Of a stretch of 24,000 nt of DNA, positions 17,148 to 23,717 are shown in pieces. Each line of letters begins with the position of its first letter. Position 1 is the first letter of the stretch. Both the position numbers and the translations under genes were made by a program. Origin of the DNA: Actinomycetaceae bacterium (GTDB lineage: Bacteria > Actinomycetota > Actinomycetes > Actinomycetales > Actinomycetaceae); the NCBI GenBank assembly GCA_035647855.1, contig DASRMP010000001.1:1-24000 (forward strand), given 5' to 3'. The notes under the pieces are model-generated. The model had not been told where the DNA came from and made no database searches. It saw nothing but the letters and a program-made list of their open reading frames with translations.

Positions 17148-17199
17148 CACCCGGGCAGAAACGCCGGTCCGTTAGGGGGAAGCTCAGGAGCACGAGGAA

Positions 17200-17227
17200 G
17201 GGCCCCTCGGGAGTCTCCGAGGGGCCC
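17200..17227. terminator. Bidirectional terminator hairpin between convergent msrA and carD
   Basis: An 11-bp perfect GC-rich stem, GGGCCCCTCGG-gagtct-CCGAGGGGCCC, lies 53 nt after the msrA stop and 33 nt after the carD stop. Confidence 0.6.
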
Positions 17228-17259
17228 CGATTGATCACGTGGATCAACCAGTCCTGAGA

Positions 17260-17796
17260 TCAGACCGCCTTGGCGACTTCGGTCTCGCTGACGCAGGCGG
17301 GAACGATGCCCTCGAGCACCGCGGCGTCCACTGCCGTGGCCGCATCTTCAGTGCCCATCTTCATGCACAGCGCCACCTCATTGATGAGCGGCTGGCTGGC
17401 GTCCCGCAGCAGGTCCTTCTCCGCGAGCGAGAGCCCCTTGTCGTTCTGGCGGCGCGTCAGGTCGCGGACCATTCCTGCGATCTTGAACATGTCACCCGAG
17501 CGAAGCAGCTGGAGTTCGGCCTTGATGCGCCGCGACCAGCCGGTCTCCTGCGCAGCCGATTCCGCCGTGAGAATCTCGAAGATGCGGACCAGTTCTTCGC
17601 CGTCGAGAAGTTCGCGCACACCGATCTCCTCGACTCGATCGACTGGAATGCCGACCACCATGCCGGTGCCCTTGATCTCCAGACGGGCATAGCGCATGAC
17701 TTCTCCCTTGACGGTCCTCTCAGTGAATCCGGTGACCCGGGCGGGACCGTGGTGGGGATGCGCGACAACCTGACCTTGGAGAAGCTCCACAAACAC
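17260..17796 (-). CDS. carD: CarD-family RNA polymerase-binding transcription regulator
   Basis: 'GQVVAHPHHGPARVTGFTERTVKGE', 'WSRRIKAELQLLRSGD' and 'VRDLTRRQNDKGLSLAEKDLL' are colinear with mycobacterial CarD as I recall it. Start at GTG 17796, preceded by AGGA. The ORF-track start is 17862. Confidence 0.9.
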   Translation of the reverse strand: MFVELLQGQVVAHPHHGPARVTGFTERTVKGEVMRYARLEIKGTGMVVGIPVDRVEEIGVRELLDGEELVRIFEILTAESAAQETGWSRRIKAELQLLRSGDMFKIAGMVRDLTRRQNDKGLSLAEKDLLRDASQPLINEVALCMKMGTEDAATAVDAAVLEGIVPACVSETEVAKAV

Positions 17797-17974
17797 CTCT
17801 ATCCTCGATGTCCGACGGGCGGGACCGCGCGTGATTCTCCCACTTCCGTTGCGAGGGCGCACAGTTGCCGCCCATCCGGGAGGGCGGCGCCGTCAGTTCG
17901 ACTTGCCTATTGTCTCACGAATCGGACATATGTGGCGCAAAGAGTGTGTTATATCGCACTTGGCGAACCAGAGG

Positions 17975-17994
17975 GCGCGACCGATTGGTCGCGC
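17975..17994 (-). terminator. Hairpin downstream of the cupin gene
   Basis: The perfect palindrome GCGCGACC-gatt-GGTCGCGC lies 29 nt after the cupin stop. No U-tract follows. Confidence 0.35.
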
Positions 17995-18022
17995 TCCGCG
18001 GCGTTTCAGCATGTGCGGGGCC

Positions 18023-18430
18023 TCAGTGCGTTTCGTCGTCGTCGGCCTTGGTCTCGTGGATCGTGCCCGGATCGTGGTGCGCCGGACCATATATGGCGTA
18101 GAGACGCATGTCCTCGTCGCCGGTGTTGGTGACGTTGTGCCACACGCCGGCAGGCACGAAGATCGCCCAGTCGTCCTCGACCTCTTCGTCGAAAGTCAGT
18201 TCGTCCTCGCTCGGGCCCATCTGGCAGCGGCCCTTGCCCTGCTCGAGGCGCAGGAACTGATCGTTCTCCATGTGCACCTCCAGGCCGATGTCGTCTCCCG
18301 GCGGAATCGACATGAGCGTCAGCTGCAGGTGGGTGCCCGTCCAATGCGTTGTCCGGTAGTTCGAATTCTCGGTCGTGACCTTTTCGATGTCGACGACGTG
18401 CGGCTTCGGACCGTAGTCATTCGTGTCCAT
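18023..18430 (-). CDS. Cupin domain protein
   Basis: 'IGLEVHMENDQFLRLEQGKG' and 'FVPAGVWHNVTNTGDEDMRLYAIYGPAHH' fit the two cupin motifs (G-x5-H-x-H... and P-x-G-x2-H-x3-N). ATG 18430 lies 5 nt after AAGGAG. Confidence 0.75.
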   Translation of the reverse strand: MDTNDYGPKPHVVDIEKVTTENSNYRTTHWTGTHLQLTLMSIPPGDDIGLEVHMENDQFLRLEQGKGRCQMGPSEDELTFDEEVEDDWAIFVPAGVWHNVTNTGDEDMRLYAIYGPAHHDPGTIHETKADDDETH

Positions 18431-18540
18431 TCTCACTCCTTCGTAGATTCAACGTTCATCGTACGCGTGCGAGTTCCCGGCAGTGCGGGGTTACCACGTG
18501 GTTCGCCGGACGGCGAAAACCGGTGCCGCGCTCAGTGGGG

Positions 18541-18948
18541 CTAGCGAACGTCGATGACGTCGACGACGAATACAAGAGTGTCCTGGCCGCCGATGCGTGC
18601 CTGCGGCACCCCGCGCGAACCGTAGCCGTACCGCGGCGGGATTGTGAGAAGGACCCGCGCGCCCACCTGCTGACCGACAAGGCCGTGGTCCCAGCCTTTG
18701 ATGACCATTCCGCGGCCGATCGGGAACGTCAGCGGCTGACCGCGATCGTAGGAGTTGTCGAAGACGTGACCATTCCAGATCTGGCCGAGATAGTTGACCT
18801 CGATCTCGCGACCCGGTTCGATGACGACGCCGTGGCCCGGGCGGAGCACGTGAATTTGTAGTCCGTTCGGCGCCGCATCCTGGGGAAATGAAATCGTGGG
18901 CTTCGTACCGAACTCCCCGCGAACCTCTGGCAGGACCACCGCCGTCAT
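18541..18948 (-). CDS. FKBP-type peptidyl-prolyl cis-trans isomerase
   Basis: 'VNYLGQIWNGHVFDNSYDRGQPLTFPIGRGMVIKGWDHGLVGQQVGARVLLTIPPRYGYG' is a canonical FKBP_C domain. Confidence 0.9.
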   Translation of the reverse strand: MTAVVLPEVRGEFGTKPTISFPQDAAPNGLQIHVLRPGHGVVIEPGREIEVNYLGQIWNGHVFDNSYDRGQPLTFPIGRGMVIKGWDHGLVGQQVGARVLLTIPPRYGYGSRGVPQARIGGQDTLVFVVDVIDVR

Positions 18949-18994
18949 TACTCCCCTTAAAACTGAGATCGGCTCAGAACCGGTGTGAATCTAC

Positions 18995-19035
18995 AAAAAA
19001 GGATAGCCCGGGCGGCCGGTAAACCGGCCACCCGG
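18995..19035 (-). terminator. Rho-independent terminator of the BI-1/YccA gene
   Basis: On the minus strand, CCGGGTGGCCGG-ttta-CCGGCCGCCCGG forms a 12-bp stem with one G.U pair. It is followed by GCTATCCTTTTTTG (the plus-strand A-tract at 18995-19000). Two smaller palindromes lie between it and the stop codon: TCCCC-ttcc-GGGGA at 19056-19069 and GTGAATTCAC at 19070-19079. Confidence 0.65.
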
Positions 19036-19093
19036 ACTGGTTGGGTGGGTCACATTCCCCTTCCGGGGAGTGAATTCACCGAAGAAAAACGGC

Positions 19094-20017
19094 TCAGTCG
19101 TTCGCGAACAGGAGGAGCAGGATACGCAGGATCTCGATGTACATCCACACGAGTGTCACGGTGATTCCGAACGCCGCGGTCCACGCGAAGCGGCTCGGAA
19201 CGCCGGCGCGGACACCCTTCTCGATGTCGTCGAAGTCGGCGATGAGCGACATCGACGCGATGATCACCGCGATGAACCCGATCCCGAGTCCGATCGCAAT
19301 CCCGCCCGCCTCGATCGACCGGATACCGAACATACCCGATGGCACGAACAGGACGACCGCGAGGTTGACGAGACAGAAGATCAGGTAGGAAACCAGCGCG
19401 AGCCGCAGCACGCTGCGGAAACGCTGGGTCACCTTCACGAGCCCCGAACGGTAGAGGAACAGGCAGACGGCCGCCACGATGAAGGTCGCGAACACGGCCT
19501 GAGGCACGACGCCGGGAACCCAGGCGTTCGCCCAGAAGGAGATCGCGCCGAGGAACGCGCCCTCGAACAGCGCGTACGTCATGATGAGCGGGACCGACGG
19601 TTCCCTGCGGAACGCGTTGACAAGCCCGAACACCAAGCCGCCGATCAGCCCACCGATCCACAGCGGCATCACCAGCTGCGGCTGCGCGCTCGATAACCCT
19701 GCCGCCGCGACGGCGGTAACGGCCACCACGCCGACCAGGGTGCCCGTCTTCACCACGACGTCGTCGACTGTCATCCGTCCGATGTCGGCATTGGTGGGCG
19801 ACGGCATGCGGTACGCGGCCTCCGCGTCGTAGCCCTGCTGCTGGGGCGGATAACCGGCAGGAGCCTGGTCGTAGCCATAGTGGTAGCCGGAGGAGGGCTG
19901 CTGTGTGGTGTGGGCGCTCCGCCCCTGACCGGGCTGGTGCCCGGGGTGGACGGGATAGCCCGCCGGGGTCTTTGCGCCCTGATCGTTGAAGGCGCGGGTA
20001 AGGACAGGGTTGGACAT
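19094..20017 (-). CDS. Bax inhibitor-1 / YccA family membrane protein with a P/Q/G/Y-rich N-terminal region
   Basis: ATG 20017 (preceded by AGGAG) opens 'MSNPVLTRAFN'. About 65 aa of low-complexity 'GYPVHPGHQPGQG...GYPPQQQGY' follow, then 7 hydrophobic segments ending '...IEILRILLLLFAND', typical of the BI-1/YccA family. Confidence 0.8.
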   Translation of the reverse strand: MSNPVLTRAFNDQGAKTPAGYPVHPGHQPGQGRSAHTTQQPSSGYHYGYDQAPAGYPPQQQGYDAEAAYRMPSPTNADIGRMTVDDVVVKTGTLVGVVAVTAVAAAGLSSAQPQLVMPLWIGGLIGGLVFGLVNAFRREPSVPLIMTYALFEGAFLGAISFWANAWVPGVVPQAVFATFIVAAVCLFLYRSGLVKVTQRFRSVLRLALVSYLIFCLVNLAVVLFVPSGMFGIRSIEAGGIAIGLGIGFIAVIIASMSLIADFDDIEKGVRAGVPSRFAWTAAFGITVTLVWMYIEILRILLLLFAND

Positions 20018-20117
20018 CGGCAGTCTCCTGGGAGTTCTGGAACGCTCCCAATGGTAATTGGACTCGGCCCACCGGGTCGAGGACGGGTGGCCAAGCGCAC
20101 CCGTTAGCGTTGGGACC

Positions 20118-21407
20118 ATGTCACCGCCCGCGTCCTCCCAGACCCCCCAACGCGGGTGGCTCGCGACCGTCAACGCGTCGCATCCACGCCTCATCGACCT
20201 TGGCGTGGCACTGCTGTGGGCATTGAACTACGGCGTCTCGTACATCTTCGTGGAGCCCGAGACCACGTCCCGAGGGACCTTCCTCCTCTGGCCCGTCCTC
20301 GCGGCCGCGATCCTCCTGAGGCGGCGGGGCGCAATCCTCTCGGCCCTCATCGTGCTCCTCGCCCCGCCGATCGTCCGGTTCGTCGAGTTCGGCACGCTTC
20401 CCGACGGCGTCCTCCTGGACGCCGCGCCGACTCTGAGCGAACCGGGGCCATTTGTCGACATCATCGCCGTCGCCATCGTCGTCTACACGATCGCCGCTTC
20501 CCGTCGGATCATCGAGGCTCTGGCCTGGGGAACTCTCGCCGCTGTCGTCGTCGCGGGCACCACCGCGCTGTGGGGCATCGAGGAGACCCGCCTCGGTGAC
20601 GCGATCTTCCTGGAACTGCTGCTCGTCGTCGCCCTGTTGATCGGCCTGAACGTCCGTTCGAACCGGAAGAGGATCGAGGCCTACGAACAGAGGGCGCAAC
20701 AACTCGAGCTGGAACGCGACCAGCGCGAGCAACTCGCCGTCTCCCATGAGCGCACGCGCATCGCCCGCGAGATGCACGACGTCGTCGCGCACTCCCTCAC
20801 CGTCATGGTCACCCTCGCGGAGGGTGCCCTGGCCTCCCTCGACCGTAACCCGGACGGCGCGCGCCGCGCCATCGAGGAGCTTGGGAACGCGGGCAGGTCC
20901 GCGCTCGCGGACGCGCGCCGCCTGGTCGGCGTGCTTCGCGACGACGAGGGGGCGGACCCCGCCGACGCCGCCCGGACACGCACCGCGGCGTCGGCTCTAC
21001 CCGAGCTCTTCGCCCCTCAGCCGACCACGGCAGACTTCCGCGAGCTGATTGAGAAATACCGCTCGACCGGTCTGCCTGTCACCCTCGAGGAGTCGGGGCC
21101 GCCGCTTCCCAACGACGCCGGCTTCCACCTGGCCGTGTACCGGATCGTTCAGGAAGCGCTCACCAATGTCCTCCGGCACGCACCGAATTCGCCGAGAATC
21201 GACGTCGCCATCTCTCGATCACGTGACACTGTTGTCATCGAGGTCGAGAATGACGCGGCGCCCGGGGGTATCGCACCGGGGCAACAGGGCAAGGGACTTA
21301 TCGGCATGCGGGAACGAGCTGCCGTCTACGGCGGTTCCGTCGAGGCGGGTGAGACTGAGATCGGCTGGCGGGTGCGCGCCAGGCTCTACTGGAGGGAGGA
21401 CGGGTGA
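20118..21407 (+). CDS. Sensor histidine kinase, HisKA_3 (NarL/LiaS-type) with a multi-TM N-terminal sensor
   Basis: It has about 5 N-terminal TM segments, the H-box 'HERTRIAREMHDVVAHSLTVMV', the N-box 'QEALTNVLRHA' and the G-box 'GKGLIGMRERAAVYGG'. Start at ATG 20118 (ORF track start 20058 is possible). Confidence 0.85.
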   Translation: MSPPASSQTPQRGWLATVNASHPRLIDLGVALLWALNYGVSYIFVEPETTSRGTFLLWPVLAAAILLRRRGAILSALIVLLAPPIVRFVEFGTLPDGVLLDAAPTLSEPGPFVDIIAVAIVVYTIAASRRIIEALAWGTLAAVVVAGTTALWGIEETRLGDAIFLELLLVVALLIGLNVRSNRKRIEAYEQRAQQLELERDQREQLAVSHERTRIAREMHDVVAHSLTVMVTLAEGALASLDRNPDGARRAIEELGNAGRSALADARRLVGVLRDDEGADPADAARTRTAASALPELFAPQPTTADFRELIEKYRSTGLPVTLEESGPPLPNDAGFHLAVYRIVQEALTNVLRHAPNSPRIDVAISRSRDTVVIEVENDAAPGGIAPGQQGKGLIGMRERAAVYGGSVEAGETEIGWRVRARLYWREDG

Positions 21408-22081
21408 GCGGCACGATCTCGGTGCTGATCGTCGATGACCAGGCGCTGCTCCGCATGGGGTTCCGCCTGATGCTCGAGGGTGAAGTGGGACTCGTGGTGG
21501 TCGGGGAGGCCTCGGACGGCGCGACCGCAGTGCGGATGGTTGAGGCGCTCCGCCCGGACGTCGTCCTTATGGACGTGAGGATGCCCGGCATGAACGGCAT
21601 CGAAGCCACCGGCGAGATCGTGCGGCGCCACCCCGAAACGAAGGTCCTGATACTCACCACGTTCGATCTGGACGAATACGCCTTCGCCGGGTTGCGAGCA
21701 GGCGCGAGCGGTTTCCTTCTCAAGGACGCCAAGCCTGCGGACCTCGTCTCGGCCATCAGGACGGTCGCCGCGGGGGACGCCGTCGTCTCGGGACGTATCA
21801 CGCGGGCGCTGCTCGAGATGTTCTCCTCACGGCTGCCGGAGGTCAACGAACAGAGAATGCCGGCACCGGACGAAAAGCTGGCGAGCCTCACGGCCCGCGA
21901 GCGGGAGGTCCTGACCCTGGTGGCGCGCGCCATGTCGAACGCGGAGATCGCCGAGGCGCTCTTCGTCTCCGAGGCGACCGTGAAGACGCATGTCGGGAAT
22001 CTGCTCGCGAAACTGGGCCTGCGCGACCGTGTTCAGGCAGTGGTCTTCGCCTACGAGTCGGGGATCGTCAAGCCCGCCTGA
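21404..22081 (+). CDS. Response regulator, NarL/LuxR family
   Basis: The receiver domain has 'VLIVDDQ', 'DVVLMDVRMPGMNG' and 'ILTTFD'. The LuxR HTH is 'LTAREREVLTLVARAMSNAEIAEALFVSEATVKTHVGNLLAKLG'. The GTG start overlaps the kinase stop (GTGA). Confidence 0.9.
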   Translation: MSGTISVLIVDDQALLRMGFRLMLEGEVGLVVVGEASDGATAVRMVEALRPDVVLMDVRMPGMNGIEATGEIVRRHPETKVLILTTFDLDEYAFAGLRAGASGFLLKDAKPADLVSAIRTVAAGDAVVSGRITRALLEMFSSRLPEVNEQRMPAPDEKLASLTAREREVLTLVARAMSNAEIAEALFVSEATVKTHVGNLLAKLGLRDRVQAVVFAYESGIVKPA

Positions 22082-22090
22082 GGTGCGCCG

Positions 22091-22164
22091 TGCCCCCGGC
22101 GGGATTCGAACCCGCACTCTCCCGATTTTAAGTCGGGTGCCTCTGCCAGTTGGGCTACGGGGGC
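22091..22164 (-). tRNA. tRNA with anticodon UAA (nominally Leu, UUR) but class I architecture with a 5-nt variable loop; identity uncertain
   Basis: - Minus-strand sequence: GCCCCCGTAGCCCAACTGGCAGAGGCACCCGACTTAAAATCGGGAGAGTGCGGGTTCGAATCCCGCCGGGGGCA.
- Acceptor stem: GCCCCCG/CGGGGGC.
- D arm: GCC(C)-AACTGGCAG-(A)GGC.
- Anticodon stem: CCCGA/TCGGG, with loop CUUAAAA.
- Variable loop: AGAGU.
- T arm: GCGGG-TTCGAAT-CCCGC.
- Discriminator A; no encoded CCA.

The sequence is cross-checked against the ORF-track translation '...PVAQLAEAPDLKSGECGFESRRG...'. Confidence 0.8.
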
Positions 22165-22250
22165 GTACGTGGAATCCAGCGTAGTCGGGCGGCGGGGCGG
22201 ATAGCCTCTGGTCATCCTTTGATGCCACAGGTTTGCGACAGGAGGACGGC

Positions 22251-23648
22251 GTGACGTTCGAGTGGTGGTCAATCATCCCTTTCGTGATCATGCTGGCGGG
22301 CATCGCGGTCTTTCCGCTCGTTCCCGCAACCCAGCACCTCTGGGAACGCCGTGGACTGCAACTCGCGTTCGCCCTGATCCTCGGCGTGCCGGTGGCGCTG
22401 TGGCTGTGGCTGGGCGGTGAACAGGGCTTCGTCGTCGAGAAGCTCTGGGAGTACGTGCAGTTCATCCTCTTGCTGTTCGCGCTCTTCGTCGTCTCGGGCG
22501 GCATCTTCCTGAAGGGCGACATCGAGGCAACACCGAGGAACAACACGATCTTCCTCGCCGTCGGAGGAACACTCGCCTCCTTCATCGGCACCACGGGTGC
22601 CGCCATGCTGTTCATCCGGCCGGTGCTGAATACGAACAAGTCACGCACCAACCGTATCCACACGGTGGTGTTCCTGATTTTCATCGTCGCGAACTGCGGC
22701 GGGCTCCTCACCCCGCTCGGAGATCCGCCCCTGTTCATGGGCTTCCTCTCCGGCGTTCCGTTCACCTGGACGTTCGGGCTCTGGCCGATGTGGCTTTTCG
22801 TGAACGTCCTGCTGCTGCTGACCTACTACGCGCTCGACATGCGCCTCTATCGCGGCGAGATGCCGAGCGCCATCGTCAGGGAACGCACCATGGTTGAGCC
22901 GCTCTCGGTCCGCGGCGGGCTCAACCTCCTGTTCCTCGCCATGATCGTGGCGGCGGTCGCCACGGCGCCGTCGATCGACCTGCACGCCATGGAGGAGGGG
23001 ACGGCCACGTTCGGCCAGATGATCCCGGCCCGCGAGATCATCATGCTGACTGCGGCCGCCCTCTCGTTCGGGCTCACCTCGCGGGACATCCGGTACGGCG
23101 ACAACGAGTTCGAGTGGGGGCCGATCGCAGAGGTGGCGGCCCTGTTCATCGGGATTTTCCTGACGATGATGCCCGCACTGCGCTACCTCGCGCAGATCGC
23201 TCCCAGTCTTCCGCTCAACGCGCCGACCTTCTTCGCGTTCTCCGGGACGCTGTCCTCGATTCTCGACAACACCCCCACCTACCTGACGTTCTTCGAGATG
23301 GCGCGCGAACTGCCGGGCGAGCCGCGCGTCGCGGACGTGCCCGAGGCCTACCTCGTGGCGATCAGCCTGGGCTCCGTGTTCTGCGGCGCGGTCACGTACA
23401 TCGGCAACGGCCCGAACTTCATGGTGAAGTCGGTGGCGGACTCGCGCGGTGTGGCGATGCCGTCCTTCGGCGGGTATGTCGGGTGGGCGATCCGCTACCT
23501 GGTCCCGATCCTGATCGCGATGGCGTTCATCTTCATCGGTGAGTCCTGGTGGTCCAAGGCAATCGGGATCGCGCTCGCGGTGTTCCTGGTGGCACGCAAT
23601 CTGATCTTCCTCCGGAGGGCCTACGAGTCGTCACCCGTGGGGGTTTGA
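22251..23648 (+). CDS. ArsB/NhaD-superfamily ion transporter (usually annotated sodium:proton antiporter)
   Basis: It has about 12 TM segments. 'FIRPVLNTNKSRTNRIHTVVFLIFIVANCGGLLTPLGDPPLFMGF' and 'ILDNTPTYLTF' are what I recall from this permease family. GTG 22251 follows AGGAGGA. The ORF-track start is TTG 22233. Confidence 0.75.
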   Translation: MTFEWWSIIPFVIMLAGIAVFPLVPATQHLWERRGLQLAFALILGVPVALWLWLGGEQGFVVEKLWEYVQFILLLFALFVVSGGIFLKGDIEATPRNNTIFLAVGGTLASFIGTTGAAMLFIRPVLNTNKSRTNRIHTVVFLIFIVANCGGLLTPLGDPPLFMGFLSGVPFTWTFGLWPMWLFVNVLLLLTYYALDMRLYRGEMPSAIVRERTMVEPLSVRGGLNLLFLAMIVAAVATAPSIDLHAMEEGTATFGQMIPAREIIMLTAAALSFGLTSRDIRYGDNEFEWGPIAEVAALFIGIFLTMMPALRYLAQIAPSLPLNAPTFFAFSGTLSSILDNTPTYLTFFEMARELPGEPRVADVPEAYLVAISLGSVFCGAVTYIGNGPNFMVKSVADSRGVAMPSFGGYVGWAIRYLVPILIAMAFIFIGESWWSKAIGIALAVFLVARNLIFLRRAYESSPVGV

Positions 23649-23668
23649 CCGCGCCCGCCGGTCAAACC
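23642..23668 (+). terminator. Hairpin overlapping the transporter stop codon (candidate terminator, no U-tract)
   Basis: GGTTTGACCG-cgcccgc-CGGTCAAACC is a 10-bp perfect stem that includes the TGA at 23646-23648. Confidence 0.4.
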
Positions 23669-23717
23669 ATCCGGGCCTCCGGTCGCTTCCTCCGGTCGCT
23701 TCATCGCGAACCCCCGG

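Noticed and set aside
17239-18544. Plus-strand ORFs of 297 aa (17239..18132) and 237 aa (17831..18544), antisense to carD and the cupin gene.
   Set aside because: The opposite-strand products match the CarD and cupin families with SD-preceded starts. The plus-strand translations have no motifs.
19050-20072. A 340-aa minus-strand ORF in an alternative frame of the BI-1/YccA gene, and ORF 19070..19696 on the plus strand.
   Set aside because: The in-frame BI-1 reading gives 7 coherent TM helices and an SD-preceded ATG. The alternatives give Arg/Asp/His-rich sequence.
22091-22164. Alternative readings of the tRNA: a plus-strand tRNA, or tRNA-Lys(UUU), -Phe(GAA) or an ochre suppressor (UUA).
   Set aside because: - Only the minus strand gives GGTTCGAATCC in the T-loop position and a proper cloverleaf.
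- With the perfect 5-bp anticodon stem CCCGA/TCGGG, the 7-nt loop is unambiguously CUUAAAA. Positions 34-36 are therefore UAA, not UUU, GAA or UUA.
- The loop sequence is independently confirmed by the ORF-track translation 'PDLKSGE'.
21827-22765. A 312-aa minus-strand ORF spanning the response-regulator 3' end, the tRNA and the transporter 5' end.
   Set aside because: It crosses a tRNA gene and two well-supported plus-strand CDS, and it has low-complexity Ser/Pro/Arg content.
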